Source: Alphaproteobacteria bacterium
GTDB taxonomy: Bacteria > Pseudomonadota > Alphaproteobacteria > JAAXGF01
Reading direction: 5' to 3'
DNA: 64,000 nt
NCBI GenBank assembly: GCA_963555825.3
Contig: CAUVXB020000001.1
Span: 640,001 to 704,000, forward strand
Part shown: in pieces, positions 52,699 to 64,000 of the stretch
Numbering within the stretch: position 1 is the stretch's first letter
Layout: each line of letters starts with the position of its first letter
The notes under the pieces: generated by a model
Seen by the model: the letters and a program-made list of their open reading frames with translations, nothing else
Told to the model about the DNA's origin: nothing
Databases searched by the model: none
Made by a program: the position numbers and the translations under genes

Positions 52699-54091
52699 CG
52701 ATCTCGCCTTCATGCCGGCGACCGAACTGGTCGCCGCCTATCGCGCCAAATCCGTGTCGCCGGTCGAGGCGACGCAGGCCGCGCTCGATCGCATCGAGGC
52801 GCACAACGAACGGCTGAACGCTTTCTTTCTCGTCGATGCCGAGGGCGCGCTGTCGGCTGCGGCCGAGTCGGAGGCGCGCTGGCGACGGGGCGAGCCGATC
52901 GGACTGATCGACGGCGTGCCGACATCGATCAAGGACATCTTGCTGACCAAGGGCTGGCCCACCCTGCGCGGATCGAAGACGATCGATGCCGAGCAGGCCT
53001 GGGACGTCGACGCACCGGTGACGGCGCGGCTGCGCGAGCACGGCGCCGTGCTGCTCGGCAAGACGGCGACTTGCGAATTCGGCTGGAAGGGCGTGACCGA
53101 CAGTCCGCTGGCGGGCATCACTCGGAACCCGTGGAACACCGATATGACGCCCGGCGGCTCGTCGGGCGGCGCCGCGGCGGCGGTCGCCGCCGGCATGGGC
53201 CAACTCGCCATCGGCACCGACGGCGGCGGCTCGGTCCGCATTCCATGCGGTTTCACCGGGCTTTCCGGCATCAAGGCGACATTCGGCCGCGTGCCGGCCT
53301 TCCCGGCCAGCCCGTTCGGCCTGCTGTCCCATGTCGGGCCGATGACCCGGACGGTGGCCGATACTGCGCTGATGCTGTCGGTGATCGCCCGACCCGACGC
53401 GCGCGACTGGCTAGCACTGCCGCCCGACGTGCGCGATTACCGTGACGATCTCGATGGCGGTGTGACAGGCCTGCGCATCGCCTACAGCGCCAATATGGGC
53501 TACGCCCGCGTCGTGCCCGGCGTCGCCGCCTTGGTCGCCGACGCGGCAAAACTGCTCGGCGAGCTCGGCGCCGAGGTCGAGGCCGTTGATCCCGATGTCG
53601 GTCACCCACAAGAGACTTTTCGTGTTCTGTGGTATGCCGGCGCCGCGGGGGCGTTGCGCAGCATCTCGGCCGAGCGGCGGGAGGACATGGACCCTGGGCT
53701 CGTCGAGGTCGCGACGGAAGGCGCGCGCTATGGCGCCCTCGACCTGATCGCCGCCGATGCCGCGCGCGCCGCGCTGGCGCTCCGCATGGCGCAGTTCCAT
53801 GAGCGCTATGACCTGCTGATCACGCCAACGTTGCCGCTGACGGCGTTCGCCGCCGGCGAAGAGGTGCCACCCGGCTCGGGGATGGCACGTTGGCCGGAAT
53901 GGACGCCGTTCAGCTATCCCTTCAACATCACCGGCCAACCGGCCGCTTCGGTGCCCTGCGGTTTTACCGACGAGGGGCTGCCGGTCGGGCTGCAGATCGT
54001 CGGCCCGCGCTACCAGGATCGCCGGGTGCTGCGCGCCGCCGCCGCGTTCGAGCGCGCGTTCCCGACTACCGACCGGCGGCCGTCTCTGTGA
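52691..54091 (+). CDS. Amidase (amidase signature family)
   Basis: SIKD, PGGSSGG, GTDGGGSVRIP; start 52685 or 52691. Confidence 0.93.
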   Translation: MSDDLAFMPATELVAAYRAKSVSPVEATQAALDRIEAHNERLNAFFLVDAEGALSAAAESEARWRRGEPIGLIDGVPTSIKDILLTKGWPTLRGSKTIDAEQAWDVDAPVTARLREHGAVLLGKTATCEFGWKGVTDSPLAGITRNPWNTDMTPGGSSGGAAAAVAAGMGQLAIGTDGGGSVRIPCGFTGLSGIKATFGRVPAFPASPFGLLSHVGPMTRTVADTALMLSVIARPDARDWLALPPDVRDYRDDLDGGVTGLRIAYSANMGYARVVPGVAALVADAAKLLGELGAEVEAVDPDVGHPQETFRVLWYAGAAGALRSISAERREDMDPGLVEVATEGARYGALDLIAADAARAALALRMAQFHERYDLLITPTLPLTAFAAGEEVPPGSGMARWPEWTPFSYPFNITGQPAASVPCGFTDEGLPVGLQIVGPRYQDRRVLRAAAAFERAFPTTDRRPSL

Positions 54092-54843
54092 TGGCGACGC
54101 ATCCGATGCGCGACAATCTGTACCACGACCCGGCGTTGGCGCAGTTCTACGATCTGGATAACCAGTGGGGCGTCGATCTCGACTATTGCCGCCGGCTCGC
54201 GGATGATGCCGAATCGGTTCTCGATCTTGGCTGCGGCACCGGCTTGCTGGCGGCACGGCTGGCCGATCGTCGAACGGTCGTCGGCGTCGATCCGGCGGCC
54301 GCCATGCTCGACATCGCACGACGTCAGCCGGGCGGCGAGCGGGCCACTTGGGTCGAAGCGGATGCTCGAGGCGTTCGGCTCGGTCGTCGTTTCGATCTGG
54401 TGCTTCTCACCGGGCATGCGTTTCAGGTTTTCCTCACCGACGAAGATCGACGAGCGGTGCTTTCGACCATCGCCGAGCACCTTTCTCCGAGCGGTCGGTT
54501 CATTTTCGATACTCGAAATCCCGCCGCCCAAGCGTGGCGTGAATGGACCCCAAAGCCTTCGATGCGCCGGTTCGATCATCCCAGCCTCGGTGCCGTCGAA
54601 GCATGGAACGATATCGACTGCGATGCGACGACGGGCATCGTCACCTATCAGACCCACTATCGGATCATCGCGAGCGATCGACACTATTCGGCCGCATCGA
54701 AGATCCAGTTTACCAACCAGGAGAGGCTCGCGGCGTTGTTGGACGAGGCCGGCCTCAAAGTCGACGAATGGCTCGGGGACTGGAAGGGCGGGGCCCACGA
54801 ACCGACATCGCCGGAGATTATTCCGGTCGGCGGGTTGCCGTAG
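54091..54843 (+). CDS. Class I SAM-dependent methyltransferase
   Basis: VLDLGCGTG, FDLVLLTGHAFQ, FIFDTRNP; start 54091 or 54106. Confidence 0.88.
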   Translation: MATHPMRDNLYHDPALAQFYDLDNQWGVDLDYCRRLADDAESVLDLGCGTGLLAARLADRRTVVGVDPAAAMLDIARRQPGGERATWVEADARGVRLGRRFDLVLLTGHAFQVFLTDEDRRAVLSTIAEHLSPSGRFIFDTRNPAAQAWREWTPKPSMRRFDHPSLGAVEAWNDIDCDATTGIVTYQTHYRIIASDRHYSAASKIQFTNQERLAALLDEAGLKVDEWLGDWKGGAHEPTSPEIIPVGGLP

Positions 54844-55209
54844 CACCATTCGCAGCCATGCCCGGCACAAATCTCGCCTTAAAGTAATGCATCAACAGAA
54901 ATGGAACTCATTTTACGAATTAAAAAATTGCCATACCGTTATATCGTTAAACGATATTATCGACATGACTGATACGGATTCCGGCATTATGTGTCACGCG
55001 TCATCTTGTAATGATGATTGTGACGATTGTAGGTCCCTTCATCGACAAGGTTAATCGCCGTTTTCGTCATATGAGTCCTATGTCAATGCACTACGTTTGT
55101 CTTTTTTTTCGGTGGACATCTCAAAAACGTTCGTTAACCTCCTGACGATTCACTATGAATCAGCCGTAGGAATCATGGTTTGGTACGCGTGCCCGTTGCG
55201 CGGGAGCGG

Positions 55210-56361
55210 ATGAAGCAAAAAATCCTCACACTGTCGAAATCGACGATCGTGGTCGTCTTGCTGGCCGCCATCGCCGGTTTCGTCTCGTCCGGCCCCACGG
55301 CTGCCCGGCCGGCGGCGATTATCGTCGATGCCGAAACCGGCGCGATCCTCGAAGCGAAACGTCCCGACCACCGTCACTACCCCGCGTCGCTCACCAAGCT
55401 GATGACGCTCTACCTACTGTTCGAGGCACTCGAACGGGGCCGGGTGACGATGGAAACGGGCTTCACGGTGTCGAAACGCGCCGCCGGTCAGCCGGCCTCC
55501 AGGCTCGGTCTGCGTCGGGGCGAGACGATCACGGCGCGCAACGCGATTCACGCGCTGATTGTCAAATCGGCGAACGATGTCGCGACCGTCGTCGCCGAGG
55601 GACTCGGCGGCAAGGAGTAGAAATTCGCCAAGACGATGACCGCGAAGGCGCGCGCGTTGGGCATGACCCGCACCACCTTCATGAACGCTTCGGGCCTGCC
55701 GAATGCCAACCAGGTTTCAACGGTGCGCGACATGGCACGGCTGGCGCGGGCGATATGGCGCGACTTCCCGCAGTACTACCCGTTCTTCGCGACCCAAAGC
55801 TTCGTCTATAGGGGCACCGTCATCCGGGGCCACAACCCTCTGGTCGGCAAGCTCGACGGCGTCGACGGCCTCAAGACCGGTTATATCCGCGCCTCGAAGT
55901 TCAATCTGGTGTCGTCGGCGAAGCGCCACGGCCGCCGCGTCATTGCCGTGCTCTTCGGCGCGCCGTCGCCAAATATGCGCGATCGCGAGATGGCGTGGCT
56001 CTTGAACCGCGGGCTCAAGCTGGTCCGTCTCGCGCGCGCGACGGCGCCGGCACCACCGCCCGAGAAACCGATCTTCGTCGTAAGTTCGCCCCGGGCAATT
56101 CAGGTCGGCGCCTTCACCAGCTTGCGTTCGGCCTATACCGCGCTGCGCAACAGCCTCGATCACATTCCGGGCATCGTCGCGCAGGCCAATGCCATCGTCG
56201 TGCCGGTCGAGCAGGGTGCCGGCGGCCTCTACCGCGCCCGTTTCGTTGGCGTCAGCTCGAAAGAGGCGAGGCGCGCATGCCGGATCCTGGCGAAGAAGAA
56301 CCTCGACTGCGACGTCGTCCGGCATTCGCCCGACACCGAATCACTGCCTTTCCCAGGCTAG
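55210..56361 (+). pseudogene. D-alanyl-D-alanine carboxypeptidase (S11) with SPOR domain; in-frame TAG at 55618-55620
   Basis: ASLTK (SxxK), SAN, KTG and IQVGAF all in one frame across GGKE*KFAKTMT. Confidence 0.85.
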
Positions 56362-56663
56362 CCCGGAATTCTCACCATAGAAATTCTCACCATAGAAATT
56401 CTCACCATAGACAGGTGCGGCACGGCGGATATCGGACGACAGGCTAGGAAAAGCGTGCGGCGCGATGCTGTCGCATCGGGCAAACGTTTTGACGCGGCCT
56501 ATCGTCCGAGATCCGCCGCCCTTAAGGGTCGCGCCGCGCGGGCCGCCCGCGGCGTCGAAGGCCTTGCGCGTAGCCCAGGCTACGCTCCGCTCTGCGGCCT
56601 TCTCCTGGCGGATCGGCGACCGCCCGACGCGATGACGCGCCTGTCTATGGTGAGAAATCCCGG
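56362..56663. mobile_element. MITE-like element with CTAG duplication
   Basis: ctag at 56358-56361 and 56664-56667; terminal IRs sharing ttctcaccatag(acagg); internal 22-bp stem; no credible ORF. Confidence 0.78.
56366..56410 (+). repeat. Three tandem copies of 15-mer (a/g)aattctcaccatag
   Basis: Units at 56366, 56381 and 56396 with no spacers. Confidence 0.95.
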
Positions 56664-58481
<1,818 letters not shown>

Positions 58482-58669
58482 CGTCGATTTATACGTGGTT
58501 GAGCCGTGATGGCAACGGGGATGCGTGTCCGAGACGTCGTACCAAGGATCATCCGAAGACCGCGGAAAGTGGCGTTCGGAGGCACAAATTCGTTAGCCCC
58601 TTTAAACCACCACCCAAAATCCGATATTATTAGGCGTCACGGAGTTGAATTCAAAGTGTCGACGCGAAG

Positions 58670-58993
58670 ATGAGCGAGCGCAAACAAGGTGGGTCGAGCC
58701 CGGTCACGTCGGTCGTCACCGAGTCGAAGCCCAAGACCAAGAAACCTTCATTGTACAAGGTTTTGCTGCTCAATGACGACTACACGCCGATGGAGTTCGT
58801 CGTCGCGGTGCTCGAACGGATCTTTCACAAGAACCACGAGGACGCGACACGGATCATGCTCCATGTTCATCAACGGGGCCTCGGCGTATGCGGCGTCTAC
58901 CCCTTTGACGTCGCCGAGACTAAGGTGACGCAAGTTCTCGACCTGGCACAGCGGCAGCAACATCCGCTGCAGTGCACCCTGGAAAAAGAGTAA
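58670..58993 (+). CDS. clpS: Clp protease adaptor ClpS
   Basis: [30 protein letters not shown]. Confidence 0.97.
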   Translation: MSERKQGGSSPVTSVVTESKPKTKKPSLYKVLLLNDDYTPMEFVVAVLERIFHKNHEDATRIMLHVHQRGLGVCGVYPFDVAETKVTQVLDLAQRQQHPLQCTLEKE

Positions 58994-59016
58994 CAGTAGC
59001 GTAAAGGCCCCGCGCC

Positions 59017-61332
59017 ATGCTTTCCGCAAATCTCGAACAGAGCCTCCATCGCGCGCTCGCGCACGCCAATGAACGTCAGCACGAGTACGCGACGCTTGAG
59101 CATTTGCTGCTCGCCCTGGTCGAGGACCAGGACGCTATCGCCGTGCTGCGCGCCTGCGGCGTCGATCCCGACGCTCTGGCCGAGGGTCTCGAGGATTACC
59201 TCGACAACGAGGCCCAGGGCCTGATCGTCGACGGCCTTAGCGATGCCAAGCCGACGGCCGGATTCCAGCGCGTTCTGCAGCGCGCCGCGATGCACGTACA
59301 GTCGGCGGGCCGCAGCGAAGTGACCGGCGCCAACGTGCTGGTCGCGATGTTCACCGAGCGCGAATCGCACGCCGTCTACTTTCTGCAGCAGCAGGAGATG
59401 TCGCGTTACGACGCCGTCAGCTACATCTCGCACGGCATTTCCAAAGTGCCGGGCGAAGAGAAACAGCGCACCGTTCGCGGCGCCGACGATGACGACGAGG
59501 AGGTGACCGTCGCTACCGATGACGAAGCGCTCGATGCTTATTGCGTCAACCTAAACAATAAGGCCAAGGAGGGGTTGATCGATCCGCTGGTCGGCCGCGA
59601 GAGCGAGGTCGAGCGCACCATCCAGGTGCTCTGCCGGCGCACCAAGAACAACCCGCTCTATGTCGGTGACGCGGGCGTCGGCAAGACGGCGATCGCCGAA
59701 GGGCTGGCGCGGCGCATCACGCTCCGCGAGGTGCCGGAGGTTCTGTACGATGCGACGATCTATGCGCTCGACATGGGTGCGCTGCTCGCCGGCACGCGCT
59801 ATCGCGGGGATTTCGAGGAACGCATCAAGGCGGTGATGACGGCGCTCGATCGAATGGACGGCGCGATTCTTTTCATCGACGAGATACACACGGTGATCGG
59901 CGCCGGCGCGACCAGCGGCGGTTCGCTCGATGCGTCGAACCTGCTCAAGCCGGCGCTTGCCGGCGGCAAGCTGCGCTGCATCGGCTCGACGACCTACAAG
60001 GAATACCGCAACTATTTCGAGAAGGACCGCGCGCTGGCGCGGCGCTTCCAGAAGATCGACATCAACGAGCCGAGCGTCGAGGACACGATCAAGATCCTGC
60101 ACGGCCTCAAGCCCTACTACGAGGACCATCACAAGGTCCGCTACACGGGCGAGGCGCTGCGCACGGCGGCCGAGCTGTCGGCGCGCTACATCAACGACCG
60201 GCGCCTGCCCGACAAGGCGATCGACGTCATCGACGAGGCCGGCGCGGCGCAGATGCTGCTGCCCGAGCACAAGCGTCGCAAGACGATCGGCGTCAAGGAC
60301 GTCGAGACGATCGTCGCCAAGATCGCGCGTATCCCGACCAAGCGCGTCTCGCGCCGCGACAAGCAGGCGCTCCAGGACCTGGGCAGCGAACTCAAGCGGG
60401 TCGTGTTCGGCCAGGACACCGCGATCGACGAGCTGGCGAGCGCCATCAAGCTCGCGCGCGCCGGCCTGCGCGAGCCCGAAAAACCGATCGGCTGCTACCT
60501 GTTTTCGGGGCCGACGGGCGTCGGCAAGACCGAGGTGGCGCGCCAGCTCGCGCGTATTTCGGGCGTCGAGCTGGTCCGCTTCGACATGTCGGAGTACATG
60601 GAACGCCATACGATCTCGCGGCTGATCGGCGCGCCACCCGGCTACGTCGGCTTCGACCAGGGCGGCATGTTGACCGACGCGATCGACCAGCAGCCGCATT
60701 CGGTGCTGTTGTTGGACGAGATCGAGAAGGCGCATCCCGATCTGTTCAACATTTTGTTGCAGATCATGGACTACGGCCGGCTGACCGACCACAACGGCAA
60801 GAACGTCGATTTCCGCAACGTCGTCCTGATCATGACGACCAACGCCGGCGCCTCCGAGATGGCCAAGTCGGCGATAGGCTTCGGGCGCTCGGAGCGCGAG
60901 GGCGAGGACGACGAAGCGATCAAGCGCATGTTCACGCCCGAGTTCCGCAACCGGCTCGACGCGACGATCGCCTTCTCGGGGTTGTCGCACGAAATCGTCG
61001 GCCACGTCGTCGACAAATTCGTCGACGAGCTAAAGGCGCAGCTCGCCGATCAGCGCGTGACCATCGAGATGGGCGACGCGGCGCGCGCCTGGATCGCTCA
61101 GCGCGGCTACGACAAGCAGAACGGCGCACGGCCGCTGGCGCGCTTCATCCAGGAGCACGTCAAGAAGCCGCTTGCCGACGAGCTCCTGTTCGGCCGCCTC
61201 GCCAAGGGCGGTCGCGTCACGGTCGGCCATGACGGCGCCAAACTGACCTTCGAGTTCGCCGACGGGCCGCCACCGAAGAAGAAACGCAAGGGCCGGCCGC
61301 GCCGCAAACCCAACACGCTCGAACCGGTTTGA
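59017..61332 (+). CDS. clpA: Clp protease ATP-binding subunit ClpA
   Basis: Two Walker A motifs ([16 protein letters not shown]); directly follows clpS. Confidence 0.97.
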   Translation: MLSANLEQSLHRALAHANERQHEYATLEHLLLALVEDQDAIAVLRACGVDPDALAEGLEDYLDNEAQGLIVDGLSDAKPTAGFQRVLQRAAMHVQSAGRSEVTGANVLVAMFTERESHAVYFLQQQEMSRYDAVSYISHGISKVPGEEKQRTVRGADDDDEEVTVATDDEALDAYCVNLNNKAKEGLIDPLVGRESEVERTIQVLCRRTKNNPLYVGDAGVGKTAIAEGLARRITLREVPEVLYDATIYALDMGALLAGTRYRGDFEERIKAVMTALDRMDGAILFIDEIHTVIGAGATSGGSLDASNLLKPALAGGKLRCIGSTTYKEYRNYFEKDRALARRFQKIDINEPSVEDTIKILHGLKPYYEDHHKVRYTGEALRTAAELSARYINDRRLPDKAIDVIDEAGAAQMLLPEHKRRKTIGVKDVETIVAKIARIPTKRVSRRDKQALQDLGSELKRVVFGQDTAIDELASAIKLARAGLREPEKPIGCYLFSGPTGVGKTEVARQLARISGVELVRFDMSEYMERHTISRLIGAPPGYVGFDQGGMLTDAIDQQPHSVLLLDEIEKAHPDLFNILLQIMDYGRLTDHNGKNVDFRNVVLIMTTNAGASEMAKSAIGFGRSEREGEDDEAIKRMFTPEFRNRLDATIAFSGLSHEIVGHVVDKFVDELKAQLADQRVTIEMGDAARAWIAQRGYDKQNGARPLARFIQEHVKKPLADELLFGRLAKGGRVTVGHDGAKLTFEFADGPPPKKKRKGRPRRKPNTLEPV

Positions 61333-61365
61333 TGGTGCGACCGGACCGTCGGGAACGTTCTCGGC

Positions 61366-61959
61366 GTGCTCAGGGTTCGTAACCTCCAAGTCACCGGCCT
61401 CGCGCCCGTCGACCTCGACCTCGACGCCGGCGATTGCATCGCGCTGAGCGGCCCGTCCGGTTCGGGCAAGACGCTCATTCTCCGGTCGCTCGCCGACCTC
61501 GACCCGAGCGAGGGCGACGTGGCCTTGAACGGCGAGGCGCGCGACAGCATCCCCGCGCCGATGTGGCGCCGGCGCGTTGCCTATCTCGCCGCCGAGCCGG
61601 GCTGGTGGGCCGACGTCATCGGCGCGCATTTCCCCGACCAGACGGCCGCGCGGGAACTGGCCGCGGTGCTCGGTCTTGCGGAAAAGTTCTTCGACGCCCC
61701 GGTCGCGCAGGTCTCGACCGGAGAGCGTCAGCGCCTCGCGCTGGTCCGGCTGTTGCTGCTCGCACCCCGCGTCATGCTGCTCGACGAGCCGACCGCGGCG
61801 CTCGACGAGGCTGCCGCGGCGCGCGTCGAAGCGGTGCTCGCCGAGCGTCTCGCGGCGGGCGTCGCGATCCTATTGGTCACCCACGACGACGCGCAGGCCG
61901 CGCGGCTCGCCGGCCGGCGTCTGCACATCGTCGACGGCCGGCTGGAGGACGCGGCATGA
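61366..61959 (+). CDS. ABC transporter ATP-binding protein (FetA/YbbL-like)
   Basis: GPSGSGKT, STGERQR, LLDEPT, VTH. Confidence 0.85.
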   Translation: MLRVRNLQVTGLAPVDLDLDAGDCIALSGPSGSGKTLILRSLADLDPSEGDVALNGEARDSIPAPMWRRRVAYLAAEPGWWADVIGAHFPDQTAARELAAVLGLAEKFFDAPVAQVSTGERQRLALVRLLLLAPRVMLLDEPTAALDEAAAARVEAVLAERLAAGVAILLVTHDDAQAARLAGRRLHIVDGRLEDAA

Positions 61960-62765
61960 TCGGCGCGGTACCGCTCGATGCGCTCGACCTGGCGATCGCC
62001 GCGTCGCTCGTGCTGCTCAACGCCGGCCTGTCGCTGTGGCTGCGCTTGGGCCTGGCGCGCTCGTTGGTCGTCGCCGCGGTGCGCACCGCGGTCCAGCTCT
62101 TGCTCGTCGGCGTCGTCATCAAGACGCTGTTCGACCTCGCCTCGCCGACCTGGACCGGTCTGATGGTGCTCGCCATGGTGTTGCTTGCCGGTTATGAGGT
62201 CCATGCGCGCCAGGAACGCCGCTTCACGGGCGTCTGGACCTACGGCCTCGGCACGTTGAGCGTCGCGGCGGGCGCCGGGCTGGTGACACTGCTCGCGCTG
62301 ATCGTCGTCGTCCAGCCCGAACCCTGGCACAACCCGCGCTATGCGATCCTGCTGCTCGGCATGATCCTCGGCAACACCATGACCGGGGTCAGCTTGGCGT
62401 TCGATTCGCTGGTCACCACGGCGTCGCGTGAGCGTGTCGCGATCGAGGCCCGTCTCGCGCTCGGCGCCGACCGCTCGACGGCGCTCGGCGACGCCGCCCG
62501 ACGCGCGCTGCGTGCCGGCCTGATGCCGATCATCAATGCCATGTCGGCGGCCGGCGTCATCGCGTTGCCCGGCATGATGACCGGCCAGATCCTGGCCGGC
62601 GCCGACCCGATTGGCGCGGTCAAATATCAGGTGCTGATCATGTTCCTGATCGCCGGCGGCACGGGCATCGCCGTGTTCCTCGCGGTCGGCGCCGGCGTGC
62701 GCCGGCTGAGCGACGCGCGCCACCGCCTGCGCCTCGACCGCCTGCGCGCAACCAACTCGACGTAA
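61956..62765 (+). CDS. ABC permease, UPF0014 (FetB/YbbM-like)
   Basis: RTAVQL, GMILGN, LPGMMTGQILAG..P..AVKYQ. Confidence 0.9.
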   Translation: MIGAVPLDALDLAIAASLVLLNAGLSLWLRLGLARSLVVAAVRTAVQLLLVGVVIKTLFDLASPTWTGLMVLAMVLLAGYEVHARQERRFTGVWTYGLGTLSVAAGAGLVTLLALIVVVQPEPWHNPRYAILLLGMILGNTMTGVSLAFDSLVTTASRERVAIEARLALGADRSTALGDAARRALRAGLMPIINAMSAAGVIALPGMMTGQILAGADPIGAVKYQVLIMFLIAGGTGIAVFLAVGAGVRRLSDARHRLRLDRLRATNST

Positions 62766-62792
62766 AAGGATTCAACACAGAGAATTTTCGTC

Positions 62793-62821
62793 GTAGGGGC
62801 GGGTTTCAAACCCGCCCCTAC
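62793..62821. repeat. GTAG-type REP-like palindrome between convergent genes (possible terminator)
   Basis: Perfect palindrome gtaggggcgggttt-c-aaacccgcccctac. Confidence 0.8.
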
Positions 62822-62845
62822 AGGGATGGGCTTATCCGCGTCGGC

Positions 62846-64000
62846 TCATCCGTCGTCCTTGCGGAACGGCGAGAAGTCGGCGAGGTAGTCGACTTCGTTG
62901 TCGATCGCCTTGGTTTCGCTCGTCAGATAGTCGGCGATCGCGTCGCGCAGGCCCGCATGCCGAATCCAATGGGCGCTGTAAGTGAGTTCGGGCAAGTAGC
63001 CGCGGGCGATCTTGTGCTGGCCCTGCGCGCCGGCCTCGACGCGGCCAAGGCCGCGTTCGATGGCGACGTCGATGGCGCGGTAGTAGCACAGCTCGAAATG
63101 CAGGAAGGGGTGATACTCCAGACAGCCCCAGTTGCGGCCGAACAGCGTATCGCGGCCCATCATATTGAAGGCGCCGGCGATGGTGCGGCCGTCGCGTGCC
63201 GCCAGGACGAGCACGACCCGCTCGCCGAGCGTCGCGCCGAGCCGGTCGAAGAAATCGCGCGTCAGATAGGGATAGCCCCATTTGCGGTCGCTGGTCGCGG
63301 TATAGCAGGCGAAGAAAGCGTCCCAGTGCGCCGGCTTGATGTCGTCGCCCGAGAGCGCCTCGATGGTCAGGCCACTCCTCAGCGCCTCGCGCCGCTCGCG
63401 CCGGATCGCCTTGCGCTTGCGTGAGGCGAGGCTGGCCAGGAACGCCTCGAAGTCCGCGTAGCCCGGATTGATCCAGTGGAACTGGCAGCCGGTGCGTTGC
63501 AGGAAGCCGGCATCGCCGAGCTGGCGCCATTCCGCCTCGGATGGGAAGTTGACGTGCAGCGACGAAACCCCGGCGCGCTGCGCGACCTCGACCAGGCCCG
63601 CGATCAACGCGTTGCGCACCGAGACCGCGTTGACGCCGCCGCGTACCGCGAGGCGCGGGCCGGTAACCGGCGTGAACGGCACGCCGACCAGGAGTTTCGG
63701 ATAGTAGCGCCCACCGGCGCGCTCCAAGGCGTCGGCCCAGGCGTGGTCGAAGACATACTCGCCCATCGAGTGGGATTTGAGATACATCGGCGCGGCGCCG
63801 ACGAAGCGGCCGACGGTGTCCTCGACGACCAGGTGATAGGGCGCCCAACCGGTCTCGGCGATCGCCGAGTGCGAGTCCTCGATCGCCTTCAAGAAGGCGT
63901 GGCTGACGAATGGATTGACGTCGCCGACGCAGGCATTCCATTCCGCTGCCGGCACCTGGCCGATGCCGTCGACGACGCGCGCGATGAAGGCCGGACGGTC
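62846..64000 (-). CDS. GNAT/FemAB-like protein (DUF482); start beyond the window end
   Basis: YLKSHSMGEYVFDHAWA, YYPKL...PFTPVTG, HFELCYY, EAGAQG.HK. Confidence 0.9.
   Translation of the reverse strand, partial: DRPAFIARVVDGIGQVPAAEWNACVGDVNPFVSHAFLKAIEDSHSAIAETGWAPYHLVVEDTVGRFVGAAPMYLKSHSMGEYVFDHAWADALERAGGRYYPKLLVGVPFTPVTGPRLAVRGGVNAVSVRNALIAGLVEVAQRAGVSSLHVNFPSEAEWRQLGDAGFLQRTGCQFHWINPGYADFEAFLASLASRKRKAIRRERREALRSGLTIEALSGDDIKPAHWDAFFACYTATSDRKWGYPYLTRDFFDRLGATLGERVVLVLAARDGRTIAGAFNMMGRDTLFGRNWGCLEYHPFLHFELCYYRAIDVAIERGLGRVEAGAQGQHKIARGYLPELTYSAHWIRHAGLRDAIADYLTSETKAIDNEVDYLADFSPFRKDDG

Noticed and set aside
56366-56410. CRISPR array from the 15-bp repeats
   Set aside because: Repeats are contiguous, short and spacer-free, no cas genes are present, and they belong to a MITE terminal repeat
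61265-61310. Nuclear-localisation-like PKKKRK tail on ClpA
   Set aside because: Basic low-complexity tails are plausible on a cytoplasmic ClpA and nothing suggests export

Overview
GC-rich bacterial chromosomal segment, most likely alphaproteobacterial (inferred from gene content: clpS-clpA, putA, galU-ugd-pgm, a VWA/J-domain pair, a CtrA-type box). The backbone is metabolic: leucine/isovalerate catabolism (ivd, thiolase, liuB-liuC-liuD-hmgL, a Leu/Val dehydrogenase), putA, a sulfatase-family hydrolase, ALDH/Fe-ADH, nucleotide-sugar genes, recQ and clpSA. Two accessory patches (about 8.5-11.9 kb and 40.1-48.5 kb) and several single insertions carry many mobile elements. These are an ISKra4-like IS with an 8-bp duplication, an IS1182, an IS1380, a gutted IS3, three apparently identical copies of a 1420-bp IS3-like element (two with unusually long 14-15 bp target duplications), and a CTAG-duplicating MITE. 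A family of ~24-28 nt GTCnG...CnGAC hairpins marks the accessory patches, and several IS insertions lie in or beside them. There are many signs of recent gene decay: three in-frame amber codons, one frameshift, and two in-frame internal deletions (the Leu/Val dehydrogenase and a 45-aa GST-like remnant). No rRNA, tRNA or CRISPR array was recognised. All calls come from reading motifs by eye; no database search was run.
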